DNA of 64,000 bases, taken from assembly GCA_014905635.1 (NCBI GenBank), contig JABVCE010000029.1, positions 124,001 through 188,000 of the forward strand, read 5' to 3'. The stretch's first letter is position 1. Each line of letters opens with the position of its first letter. Source of the stretch: Scenedesmus sp. PABB004 (taxonomy: Eukaryota). Position numbers and translations under genes: made by a program. Below are positions 50,186 to 61,974 of the stretch, piece after piece. Below the pieces are notes generated by a model, which had not been told where the DNA came from, did no database searches, and saw only the letters and a list, made by a program, of their open reading frames with translations.

Positions 50186-53100
50186 GGTGGCCGTCAGGCG
50201 CGGCGCGGGCAGCGCGCGCAGCGCGTGCGGCGCGTGCACGCCGGCCCAGGCCCCCCCTCTCTCCCCATCGCGCGCGCTCACAGTCGCACTCCGCGGCGCT
50301 GGTCGCGCCGTCGTCGCTGCTGGTGCGGCCGCCGGGGCAGGCCGTGCAGGGCTGGTCCGCAGAGGTGTCGATCACGCGACGGCTGTCGGCATACGTGCCT
50401 GCGCGGGCGCGGGCGGGGCGCGGCAGCGCTCGACCGTCAGCGCAGGCGGGCCGCAGCAGCGCGCGTAACGCCGCGCAGCGCCAGCTGCGCGCGCGCACCG
50501 GCGGCGCAGGGCGCGATGCTGCTGCGGATGGCGGCCGTGCTCGCGCCGCCGGCCGGGCGCACGTAGCCATAGCCCGCCACCACCCAGCGGCAGGCGTCCG
50601 CCGACGTGCCCCCGCTGGTTGCTGTCGGCGGGTCGCTCGTCGTGCCGTCGGGGCAGGCGGTGCACTGGCCCTGCGACCCGTCGCCCGGGTCGTTGTAGGT
50701 GCCCTGGGGGCACGGCATGGCCTGCCCGTTGAACAGGCCCCACCCGGGCGGCGTGTCGCAGGCCAGGGGCGACGTGAAGCCGCCGGTGGCCGGCTCGAAA
50801 AAGTAGCGCGCCGGGGCGGTGCCCGCGACGGCGAGCGTGGCGGTGGCCATGCCGGGCGGGCAGGAGGCGCAGGGGAGGGCGGTGAGCCCGTAGCTGTCCC
50901 CCGACACGCCGTAGCTGCCCTCCCCGCACGTCACCGCGCGCATCACGGGCTGCGCCGACCCCGGGTCGCTGTCCTGCAGCAGCCCCTGCCCCGCGCGGAT
51001 GTCTGCGGCGCCGCGGCGGCGCGATACGGCGCGAGCGCGTGGGTGCGTGCAGCGCGACGCGCGCAGGCGGACGTGCGCGGCGCGCGCCGGCCACGCGCGC
51101 TCCGCGCGGCCCCCGGCGGTGGCTCACAGCAGGAGGCCGAGCTGCGCGACACGAGCTTCACGCCGGTCGGCACGCGGTCGTCGGTGCTTGCGCTGTCAGC
51201 AAACAGGGCCACCGGGTCGGTGGCGCCCGCCATCACGCCCACGCCGCACGCCCTGCAGGCCGCGGCCTTGGGGTCGGCCGGCGCCAGCCAGTCGGGCTGG
51301 TACGTGCCCCAGTTGGCTGGGTCGCTCGCGTCGCCCGCGCCGGCGCGGTTGACGCACTGCGTGACCTCGCCGCCGGACGGCAGGAAGTGGCCGGGCGGCA
51401 CGACTGCGGCGGCGCGGGAGGGAGGGCGGGAGGGAGGGGGGGGGGGTCAGCGCGCCACGCCGCGCGGCGCGCGGCCAGGGGCGCCCAGGTGGTGGTGCCA
51501 GCGGGCAGGCAGGGCCCTGCGAGGCGGCGGCGCCACTCACGGCAGTCGGAGATCTTGATCGTGCCGCGCCCCCGCGTCCAGAGCCCGCGCGGGCACGCGA
51601 CGCGGCCGCCGCCCTGCTGCGCGGCGGGGGGCTGCGCGCCGCCGGCCAGCTGCGTGCCGGCGCAGTAGAAGCCCTGGCTGCACAGCCAGGGCGCCAGCGC
51701 CGCGGCCTGCCCCGCCGACGGCGGAGGGCCCCAGAAAAAGCCGGGCAGCAGCACTGCGGCGGCGGGGCGGCAGCGCGGTCGGCGCGGTCAGCGCCGTCGG
51801 CGAACCCCCCCCAGCGCGCCCGACAGCGCGCTCGGCAACGCCCGCAAGGCCTACCTGTGCAGTCGGCGGCCGTCGTGCTGCCCGCGCTGACGGTGTTCAC
51901 GCCCGACTGGCAGGGCGTGCACAGGATGGCCACGCTGCCCGGCGTCGCCCAGCCGTCCCGGAACTCGCCGCGGGGGCACCGAATGGCGGCGCGGCCCCAG
52001 TAGCGGCCGGGCGCGACCTCTGCGCGCGGTGGTGGTGGGGTGAGAGAGAGAGTGTGTGTGTGTGGGGGGGGGCGCCGTGCGCGCGCGCGGCCCGCCGGGC
52101 GCGGCGCGGCGCGCGCGCGCGCCGCCACTCACTGCACACGGCCACGCTCGTGCGGCCGGTCACGGGGTCGGACGGGTCGGTCCGCAGCCCCGCGGAGCAG
52201 GGCGTGCAGGCCGCCTGGCGGCGCAGCCCCGGGGAGAAGGTGTTGGCGGGGCAGAGCGCCGCGGTGTGGTTGGTGCCGGTGAGGCCGCCGGTGCCCACGG
52301 GCGTGGTGTCAGGGATGAAGTAATAGCCGGGCTGGTTCACTGCGGCCCGGGCGAGGGGGAGATGCGAGGCAGGTGAGACGGCAGGTGCTGCAGCGTGGCG
52401 CGGGGCGTGGCGTGCGCTGCGCAGCGCGCTCACCGCACTGCGCGCGCGCCGACGCGCGCGACCGCAGCGTCGTCAGGCCAAACGTCGACGGCGTGCCGGG
52501 CGGGGGCGGGGCCGTGTCGCCGTTGTAGTTGCAGGCGTACCGCCGCGACGCCGCCTGCGTGCCGCCGGGGCTGCGCGGCCGCGGCGGGGGCGGCGGCGGG
52601 CGGCGTGGGCCGCGCGACGCGCAACGCGGCGGGCCTGCGCCAGGCGCCGCTGCGCCCATCGCGCGCCCCGGCAGCGCTGCTCGGCGTGCCCCGGCAGCGC
52701 ACCAGTAGCTGCCGACTGGGCAGTCCTCGCAGGCGGATGAGCTGTTGAGGAAGCGGCCGGGCCGGCAGCCTGCGGACGGTCACGGCGGCGACGGCGGCGC
52801 AGCTCAGCACCCCCCTCCCCTGCTTTGGGCCCGGGCGGCAGAGCGTCCCGGGGCCGGTGCCGACGCTGGGCGGCGCCGCGCGCGCACCGCAGGTGCCGTC
52901 GACGGCGGGGGCGCGGCCGTTGAGGCAGTTCGTGCAGCGTATGATGCCGGTAAGGATGTCGAGCGCGCACGCGGCGGTCGCGCAGCCGTCTGGGCAGGTG
53001 ATGTTTTCCTGCAGCAGCCGCCTGCCCGCGCCTGCAGGAGGGGGCGGCGCAGCGGCGGCGGTGAGCGGGCGGCGGCTGGCGGCGCGGCCGCTCACCCCCA

Positions 53101-53293
53101 GCGCCCCGCCGCTGCTGCTGCCGTGCGGGCGCAGCGCAGCCCGGCTGCCTCGCCGCTCACCGCCTATCGACAGTCCTGCCGCCCCATCGCTCGACCAGCC
53201 GCCGCCAGCCGCCGCAGCAACGGCGCACGCGAGCAGGGCGAGCGCGAGCGCGCGCCGCGCCGCCGCGGCGCGCGCCGGCGCGAGGGCGGCCAT
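49017..53293 (-). CDS. Secreted Cys-rich repeat / PAN-like protein, array member 4 (leader type A)
   Basis: MAALAPARAAAARRALALALLACAVAAAAG|GAGRRLLQENITCPDGC; NQPGYYF, FSPGLRRQAACTPC, GTYQPDW, SYGLTALPC, GGFTSPLAC, CQFLTYDY, DYGTGVFSWW, CTLAPACAAV. Confidence 0.82.
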
Positions 53294-53890
53294 GCAGGCG
53301 CGGCTACGCGGTCACGCCGCCATCGCGCCACCCGTGGCTGCCGTGGGCGCGGTCGCGGCAACGCCCACGCGGCAGGAGTGGGGCAGAAGCGGGCGAGGGC
53401 GGACCTCTCGGCCCTGCCCGGCGCGCCGGCTGGCCCCGCGGCGCCCTGCGCAGCCCAGGTGCGTCTATCGGGCTTGGGGCTAAGCTCCGGGCAGCACGGT
53501 CAGGCGCGTGGAGGGCGCTCGCCGCAGCGGGCTGGCCCGAGGAAGGCGGCTCCGGGCGGAGCGTGGGGGTGCTGCGCGGGTACGGCGAGGCGTTGAGAGC
53601 CTCCTTGATGGTGGCGGGACGCTGTGGGCGGCAGCGGACGTCGCCGCGTGCTGCCAGGCGGGCGGGCGGCGAGCGCGCGATGCGGCGACCCGCCCGGCGA
53701 GCTGCCGGCGCCGTCGAGGGCCGCGCAGGGGCGCGCGTGAGGGACGCGGTGACCTATTGCGGCGAACGCACCGGCGCACCGCGCGGATCGCTGCCCCCCG
53801 GCGCCGCGCCGGCGGCGGCACCGGGGCGCGGTGCCCGCGCGCGCTGCGGGCGGGCCGCCGGCGGCGCAGGGGGTGCGGGGCCGGGCCTGG
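53031..53890 (-). repeat. Upstream region + signal-peptide exon + first intron, copy 2
   Basis: Near-identical to 37592-38440. Confidence 0.9.
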
Positions 53891-54573
53891 TGCGTGTGTA
53901 ATAGACGTTTCCTGGTGCACTGGTGGCGATGTGCGCGTGGCCGGGCGGCGGAAGGGCTGGGCTGGGAATGGCGGCAGCGCCGGCCTGGGGCTGAGGTGAG
54001 GTTTTACCGTCCGTCTGCGGCAAGGAACAATGATCAGCCTCTGCAAAAAAACGCGGACTCGGGGGAGTGGAGTGGAGCGTACGGGGCTCGAGGCTGCTGC
54101 TCCCGTGCACAAGGCAAGGCGCCACAGCGGGCCTTATTGTGCCCGCGCGCCGTTATTCACGCAGTTTGGCGCGGGGCCATGCGCAGCACCGCAGCGGGCG
54201 CGCCCAGCACGCCCCGCAGCAGCGCGCCCAGCGCGTTGCGTTGCGCTTGCTGCGCGGCGGCGCCGGGCGCGCCCCACACCAGGGGCACGTCCGCGTGCGT
54301 GCAATACAGACTCCAAGCACCGGCCTGTGATCAAACTGCCCCCCGCCGCCGCGGCCAGCCCGCGGCCCCGCCCGCCCCCGCTGCCCCGCCCGCCCCCCGC
54401 TGCGCCGGCTCAGTGCATACGTGTACAAACGCGCAGTGTGTGACCGGCAGCAGCGCTGCCCTGGGCCCGCGGCCCGGCCCATGTGCTGTGTCGGTAGTCG
54501 TAGAGTCGTTGCCGCGCAGCGCGCCCCGTGCCGTGGCGCAGTGGTTGCCCCCCCTTTCCCCCCTTGGATTGTC

Positions 54574-57500
54574 TCACGCGCTGGGGAGGCCCGCGGGCTC
54601 GGTGCCGGGGACCGAGCGAATCAGCGAGCGCCACGGGCTGTTCTGCACACCCTTTGTGCCCTTCAGGAACCTGCAGGTCGTGGTTGCGGCCAAGTCGCCA
54701 GTCGGGAAGTACACAGCCGCGCAGTCGGGCGACAGCGTGCAGTACTCCAGGCACGTCGAGGCCGCCACCGCCGTGGTAAGCTCGCCAGTCGTGCTGTTGG
54801 TCGCGACTCCCAGATCCGCGGTCGACATGGGCGTGCCCACCGGGACCCCGGTGGTGATGCTGGCGTTCCACCAGCTGAACGTGCCGGAGCCCTGGTCGGC
54901 GGGCCCGGACGAGCGGCGCGACAGGCCCGAGCCGGGCATGATCTTGAAGGCGATGTACGCAGAGCTGCGGGTGGTGCGTGGGGGGGGGGTTGTTAGCGGG
55001 GGAGCGGGGGAGCGGGGGAGCGGGGGAGCGGGGGCGGGGCCCGGGGCGGGGCCCGGGGCGGGGGGGGGGGGGGGCACAAATTGGCGCGGCCGCACACGCA
55101 CACGCACGCCCTGCGCGCTCACCCGCTGGTGAGCTTGCCCAGGTAGCACCCCAAACCCGAGGTGGCGTTGTAGTTGTAGGAGATGTACGAGCAGCCGCTG
55201 TCGACAGTGCAGGCGGCCACGCAGGCGGCGAGGTTTAAGGCGACGTCTGCCACCAAGGGGCCGTTGTCGAGGAACCACTTGCCGTTGACGACCTGCGCGT
55301 AGCCGACCATGCACTGGCTCGGCAGCGTCGAGCCGAGCGGCGACGCGGGGGCGCTGGCGTAGGGGTTGTTGGAGCCGCCCCAGCTAAAGGTGTACACGTT
55401 GGAGGGGCCGGCGCAGGCCACGCACGCGTAGTCGTTTGCGTCGCGCCAGTCGGGGCCGTACGTGCCGTTGCCGCACTTGCTTGTGCAGGTCAAGCCACTG
55501 CCGCCGTAGCCGGGGGGGCAGACTGCACGGCGGCGCGGGCTGCGTCAGCACGACGGCGGCGGCGGCGGCGGCGGCCGGCCAGCGGGCGCGCCGCGCGGCG
55601 TGCCCGAACGCGCGGGCGCCGCACTCACAAGTGCACTGGGAGTTGTCCACCGCGCCCACGACGTCCGGCAGGGTGACTTTGCCATCGGGGCAGTCAGTAC
55701 ACTCGTTTGCGTTGCCCGTGTTGAAGGTGCGCTCGGCGCCAAAGGTGTCTGCGCAGCAGGGGCGAGGGGGGGGGGGGGGCTCAGCGTCATCAGCCCCCTA
55801 TGCGCCGCGCACCCCGCACGGGCCCGCAGGCGCCCGTGCGGGGAGCCGCCGTCTAGCCCCCCAAACCGCTGGGCATCGGCGGGGCAGAGAGGGGGCCGGC
55901 GGCGCACTCACTCGCAGGGCAGAGAGAGATCAAGGTGCCATTGTAGCCGTACCCGGCCTCCAGGTAGCTGCAGTCAGCGGCACTCGTGCTGCCATTGCCT
56001 GCCGTGGTGGTGCCGTCGTCGCAGGAGACGCACTTGTCAAAGGTGCCGTTGTTCCAGGTGCCCTTGGCGCAGAGCGTAGCGATGCCGCCGGTCATGCCAT
56101 AGCCGGAGGGCAGGTTGCAGTCGTCCGCGGAGGCGTAGCCAAAGTCACCACTCCCCAGGGCCACGGTGGTGTTGGTGCCCTCGGGGCAGGACCTTGGGGG
56201 GGGGGGGGGGAGCAGACGCGGTGGGCCAGCAGTTCAAGAAGGGCGCGCGCGCGCGGGTGTGTGCGGCGCCTGCACGCGCGATTGCCGGGGCAGCGCAGCG
56301 CGCGGGGCTCACGTGCAGGGCGTGGCGACGAGGCCGTAGGTCCTGTTGGCAACACCGTAGTTTTTGCTAGTGCAGTTCACGGCCTTGAACACGGGCGTGC
56401 CCGCACGGGACTTGGAAGTCTGCACCAGGCCTTGGCCGCGCTCGATGTCTACGCAACGGGGGCGCGCGGGCGTTGGTCAGGAGGCGTGGCTGCCGCCGCG
56501 CAGCCCGTGCCCGCGCAGCACAATGTGACGCAGCGCGGCGAGCCAGCACGGCACTCACAGCACGAGGCGGAGGTGCGGCGAACAAACACAGAGCCGACCT
56601 CGCTGATCACGCTGCCAGTCGCGGAGAAGTTGGACAGGGGCTCGACCGCCTCCGACCCCACGCCGACGCCGCACAGCGTGCAGTTGACGGCATTGCGCGT
56701 CCAGTTGGACTGGAAGCCGCTGGTACACTTCACGATATCACTGTTTGTGCCGTCCCACGAGTAGCCCGGCGGCACCACTGCGCGGGCGCGGCGAGCGGCG
56801 GTGAGCGGCGCGGCGCGGGTGCCTCCTGCTGCCGGGCAAGCCCCGCCGCGCCGCGCCGCGTCAGCGACCATGCCCGCGCGCGGCGCCACGCACTGCAGTC
56901 GCTCTCGTTCTTGGCGCCGACGGAGCGCGTCCACATTGCCTTGGGGCACGCAGACTTGGTGGTGCCCGAGCAGTAGAAATTTTGAGGGCAGAGGTCGGTG
57001 CCGTCGTACCCAGCCACCCCTGGAGGGGGAGAAGAGGGGAGGGGGGGATGAGGCGGGCCTAGCAGCGGCGCCCTGCCTGCGCGCGCGCGGCGCCCATCTC
57101 ACCCGTGCAGTTAGACGACGACGTGGAGCCAGGCCCGCTGGTCGTCTGGCCAGCCGGGCACGGAGTGCACGCAGCGGCAGCAGCGTTAGGGGAGATGTAG
57201 GAGGTTTGATATTCGCCCTGGGGGCAGCGCTGGGCGCCGGAGGAGGCCGTCCAGAAGCGCCCGGGCGGGACCTCTGTGGCGTGCGGCGGAGAGAGGCGGG
57301 GAGGGCGCGGGGTCGGGGGCCGCGTAACAGACCCACGCACCGAGCACCGCGCGCTGCGGCGGCGCCGGGCGCTGCGCGCGCGCTGCCACTCACTGCACAC
57401 GGCCGCGCTCGTGCGGTCGGTCAAGACGGTCGGGTCGGTCTTCAGGCCCCTGGGGCAGGGCGTGCAGGCCGCCTGGCGGCGGAGGCCAGTCGAGAACGAG

Positions 57501-58302
57501 TTGTCGGGGCAGCGCGCGGCGGTGGGCGCGCCGCTCGAGCCCTTGATGTAGTAGTAGCCGGCCGCGTTGACTGCGGGGCGGGCAGGGGCGGGGGCGCGCG
57601 CGTCAGCGCGTGCAGAGTGCTGTCACATGGTGTGTGTGCGGCGTGTTGCGACAGCCTGGTACCAGCCGCGCCCGCGCTGCGCGCGCGTACCGCAGCCGGT
57701 GAACGAGGAGGTGCGCTGCCCGCGCGTGGTCAGGCCAGTGCCGCACGCCGTAATATTGGAGGCGCTCTGAGGGCCGCCAGGACTGCGCAGCAAGGCGTGT
57801 GCGGCCGGGTGGGCGCGCAGTGCGCAGCGGGACGGGCGGAGGGCGCACGGCGGGATCTGCGCGCCCAGCAATTCGGCGGCGCGCGCACCAGTAGGAGCCC
57901 GCGAGGCACGCCGTGCAGTTCACGTTGGTGTTAAGGCTGGTGAGGTAGGAGCCCTTCCGGCAGCCGCAGCTGCCGTCGCGCGCCACGACGCGGTTGCCGA
58001 GGCAGGCAGTGCAGCGCAGGGTGCCGTCGCTCCCGGGCACGCACGCGCCGTCATCGGTCGAGCAGCCGTCGGGGCAGCCCTGCAGCAGCCGCCGGCCGGA
58101 CCCTGCGCGCGGGGGGGCGAGCGGGAGTGAGCGGCATGCGGCCGGCGGGTTGCCGCCCCGCGGCCTGCCCGCTGCGCGCGGCCACGCGCTGCTGCCCCTC
58201 GCGTAGCACGGCTTGTCCCTCACCTCCAGCAGCGGCGCCGCCGGCCAGGGCGAGCAGCGCGAGCAGGAGGAAGGCCCGCGAGGGGCGGGCTGGGTGCGCC
58301 AT
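54574..58302 (-). CDS. Secreted Cys-rich repeat / PAN-like protein, array member 5 (leader type B, Ser/Thr/Asn-rich)
   Basis: MAHPARPSRAFLLLALLALAGGAAAG|GSGRRLLQGCPDGC; NAAGYYYIKG, FSTGLRRQAACTPCP, FVRRTSASCY, TYGLVATPC, CMVGYAQVVNGKWFL, DQGSGTFSWW, PWRSLIRS. Confidence 0.82.
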
Positions 58303-58754
58303 CGCTGCGCGCGGCAGAGCACTCGAGGGGTGCGTCCGCGGAGTGGGGGGCTCTGTGCAGGCCTCAGGGGGCAGCGGGGAGGCTGCACGGCGGTCGGCGC
58401 TCGCCGCGTCCGCCGCAAGCGGCGAGGAAGGACAGCGGTCGCCCCGGTCGGGAGGGTGGCGCAGCCTTGTTCGGGCCGCGTCAACGAGCTCTCTGGACCT
58501 CCAGGAGTGCCCCGCACGCGGCGTCGCGGGCTGGCGTGCGCCCGGCGAGCGGGGCCAACGGCGAACCGGCGACCTTCGCTGCCGACCTCTGCGAACCGGC
58601 GAGCAGCCCCAAACCTCCTCCGTCCGACCCCCACGCGCCCCCGCGCCCCGCGCTGCGAGCAGTGCGTGACCTGGGCAAGCGCTCCCGCGGCATCAGCGAC
58701 GCCACGGCCCCGCGCGCAGGCTGCTAGCTCGGGGCCGCCGTCTGAACACTAGCG

Positions 58755-59532
58755 CTGCACCGCACCGCACCGCCCGCACGGGCCGCGCGCGCCCTAGCCG
58801 GCATGGCCGTTGGCCGACGTGCCGCGTGCCCTGTCCGGCCGATCAGCGGCGCCGCGGCGGCGGCGGCGCAGCCAGCGCGCAGCGCGCGGCGCGCGAGCCG
58901 CGGCAGGGCTGGCAGCAAAAGCTCCGCAGCTCGGCTGGGTCAGACAGGCTGGCGGGGTTGATGTCACTGGGCCTATGGCGGTGTGGCCGAGGGCTGGGTT
59001 GCTGCTGCCCGCTCCGCGCCGCGCCCGTTCGCCGCTCGCTCGCTCGCTCGATTCGATCATCATCATCATCGCGGCCACCGGCAGCTCAACAGATTCTTTA
59101 CAGGGGGACGGGGGGCGGGGCAAGGACCCGCCTGTGGTGGTTATTAGCCGCGCGAATGTTATTAGAAAGGGCGCGGGCGGCGCGGCGGGATGCGGCGGCG
59201 CCGCGCCCGGCACGGGGGGGCGCGGCGCCGGCGGCCGCGCGCGGCACGCGTCGCCGCTCGACGGCGCGTGCAAATAGGGATCGCCACTTCTTGTTGGAAA
59301 CCCATCGAAACCCCCTCCGCCGCCCCCCTTTCACCTGCCAGTTCTTGCGCACCAAACCGCCATCTCCCGCCTCGCGGCAGGGAGTGGCATGTGCCGCGGC
59401 CCACAGCCCCCGCGCAGGCGGGCCGACCAGCGCGGCAAGTGTGCACATGAAATACGGCAGCGGCAGCGCCGCTGCCGGGCAGCTGCTGCGCCTGCACCAC
59501 CAACTCCGGCACCGGCGCGCACAGCAGCACAC
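58755..59532 (-). repeat. Duplicated 3' flank (copy behind member 6) with TGTAA poly(A) signal at 59098-59102
   Basis: Aligns with 61975-62730, e.g. acagattctttacagggggacggggggcggggcaaggacccgcctgtggtggttattagcc. Confidence 0.88.
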
Positions 59533-59783
59533 CACAACGGCGGCCCCTCGGGCTGCCGTTACCGGCGCGGCGGGTCGGTGTGCAGCACTGGAGCAGGCTC
59601 GGCGTTATCTGCTTGGTGATCTGCTGCAGGATCAGCTTGCTGTTCACTCTGTGGCAGATTATGTGATGGACCTCTGGAAGATGCGGGACACCGTCCTTAA
59701 GGGGCGCGGGACCAATGGGCGCGAGCCTGTGGTGTAACTATCTTTATCTTTATCTTTTTAACTATCTTGATCTTGATCTTGAT
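59533..59783 (+). mobile_element. Probable 5'-truncated non-LTR retrotransposon (LINE-like) insertion
   Basis: Absent from the paralogous flank near 62700 and lower in GC. Encodes ...LLGDLLQDQLAVHSVADYVMDLWKMRDTVLKG...* and ends in a (TCTTTA)/(TCTTGA) tandem tail. Flanked by cagcagcacac (59522-59532) and caccagcacac (59784-59794), a candidate target-site duplication with one mismatch. Confidence 0.65.
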
Positions 59784-59817
59784 CACCAGCACACGCGGCG
59801 CGCCGCGGCCGGCGCGC

Positions 59818-61973
59818 TCAAGGGCTGGTGGGGATGGCGACACTCGTCACCGTGGCTGCGTTCGTGCGCACGAGCGAGCGCCAGCTGCTGCTGATCTGCA
59901 ACGTGCCTTGCCGGAGCGTGCACGCCGTGACGCCGTTGACCCACGGGGTCGTCGTGGTGGTGGCCGAAAACCACACCGCGGCGCAGTCCGAGTTGTCGGT
60001 GCAGCTGTCGAGGCACGTCCCCACAAAGGTTGTGCTGGGGGTGCCCGTCGTAAAGGTGGTGATCGCCACGCCCACGTTGGCAGCCTCGGTGGTGCTGGCG
60101 CGCCACCAGCTGAACACGCCGGAGCCCTGGTCCTTGGGCAGCGCTGCGTGCAGGCTGCGCCGGCGGCTGGCGCTGGTGGGCATGATCTTGTAGGCGATGC
60201 GGTTAGTGCTGCGCAACGCGTGGCGGGGGGGGGGGGGGGGGGGTCAAGACGGGGCGGCGGCGAGACGCTGGCGGCTCGTACGTACGCGCGCAGCCCCTCC
60301 TCCCCCACCCCTCCAGGCAGGCAGGCGGGCGTGCGGCGCTCACTCGCTGATGCTGGTGTGCCTGAAGAAGAAGCAACGCGTCGTGCCCGCGGCGCCGGCA
60401 TAGTTGTAGCTGAGGAAGGCGCAGCTGGCGTCCGACGTGCACGCCCCCACGCAGGCTGTCAGGTTGGCGTGGCAGTCGGTGCCGGCCGCGGCGCACGCCG
60501 TCATGTTGGAGGGGCTGTTGTTGAGGTACCAGTTGGCGTCGACGACCTGCGCGTACGCGACGAAGCACTGGCTGCTGTCGGTCGCGCTGGGCGGCGCGAT
60601 GTTGGGGGGGCTGTAGGGGTTGTTGGTGCCGTTGTAGTAAAAGTTGTACACGTTGGTGTTGGTCGGGCACGCCGTGTCGTTCGCGGTGCGCCACAAGGGG
60701 CCAAACGCCGCCGCCGCGCTGGGGCCGCCGCACTGGGCGCACTGGTTGATGCCCGAGGGCGTGGCGCTCGTGGGCGTGCCCATGCCCTGGGGGCACACTG
60801 CGCACGGGCAGGCGGGCAACACGGTCAGCGGCAGCCACGCGCGCGGCCAGCCGGGCAGCAGGGGCCTGGCCTCCAGGCTCCTGCGGGCCTCTGCTGCGGG
60901 CAGCAGCCCGCGGGCGCGCGAGCGCGACCGGGTCGCAGCAGTGCCGCACCCAAGCACTCTGCCGCGCTGACAGCGCCGGTCGTGCCCAGCTGCCCGTTGA
61001 ACGTTGTGGTGCCGAAGGGGCAGGAGAAGCAGGTCACGTTGCTGGTCGAATACACACTCGTAGCGCCGCTCATGGTGAAGATGGTAGTGCTACCAGTGGT
61101 ATCTGCGTCCCTGTAGGTGCCTGCGGACCAGCGGCGCGCGCGCGGGCTCGGACACCGTGCGCATGCGCAGGCGCGGCGGCGCGTGCCCAGCCCGCGGCAC
61201 GCCCGGCGCGCGCGCGCGCGCCCCGCTGGGGCTCACCCGCGGAGCAGAGCCGGACGGTGTTGCTGACCGCCAGGAACTCGTAGCCCACGGAGAGGAGGTT
61301 GCAGGCGTCGCTGCTCGTGCTGCTGGACCCGGCCGTCGTGGTGCCGGTGGGGCAGGTCTTGCAGCGGTCGGCGGGCGCGGTGGTGCCGTCGTTCCAGGTG
61401 CCCTTGGCGCAGAGCGTGGCGATGGCGCCCGTCATGCCGCTGCCGGCGGGCACGGAGCACGCCTCGGGCGAGATGTAGCCGAAAGAGGAGCGCAGATCGG
61501 CGGAGGTGCTCGACGCGGTGCTCGTGCCGGCAGGGCAGCTGGTGCAGGGCTTGGCGTCAAGGCCGTAGGTCCTGTTGGGCGCGCCAAAGGTGTTGCCCGT
61601 GCAGTTGACCAGGCGGTACGTGGGCGTGCTGCTGCTGCCCGAGCCCGACGCCTGCACCAGACCCTGGCCGGCCTCGATGTCTGCGCAGCGGCGGCGCCGC
61701 GGCAGCGGGGGTCAGCGCGCGCGGCGGCGCTCGACGCGCGGCCCTGCTGTGCGCGCGCCGCGCCCCGCGGGGCGTGCGCGAGAGCGAGACACTCACAGCA
61801 CGAGGCGGCTGAGCGCGACACCAGCAGGACGGCGGACACGCCCGCGCCGGTGTCGTTGAGGGCCACCACGTTGATCGGCTCGGTCGGCTCCGAGTTGATG
61901 CCCGAGCCGCACGAGGTGCAGCTGCGCGTGTCGGTCCTGTCGAGCCAGTCGGTCTGGTACGTGCCCGCCGCGC
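59818..61973 (-). CDS. Array member 6: 3' half only (no signal peptide or N-terminal exons); headless module or pseudogene
   Basis: Intact exons GTYQTDW..LLVSRSAASCY|IEAGQG..TYGLDAKPC..CAKGTWNDG | ... NNPYSP..CFVAYAQVVDANWYL..CAFLSYNY | ..DQGSGVFSWW..SSWRSLVRT. The upstream sequence is the 3' flank of member 7. Confidence 0.65.
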
Positions 61974-61974
61974 C

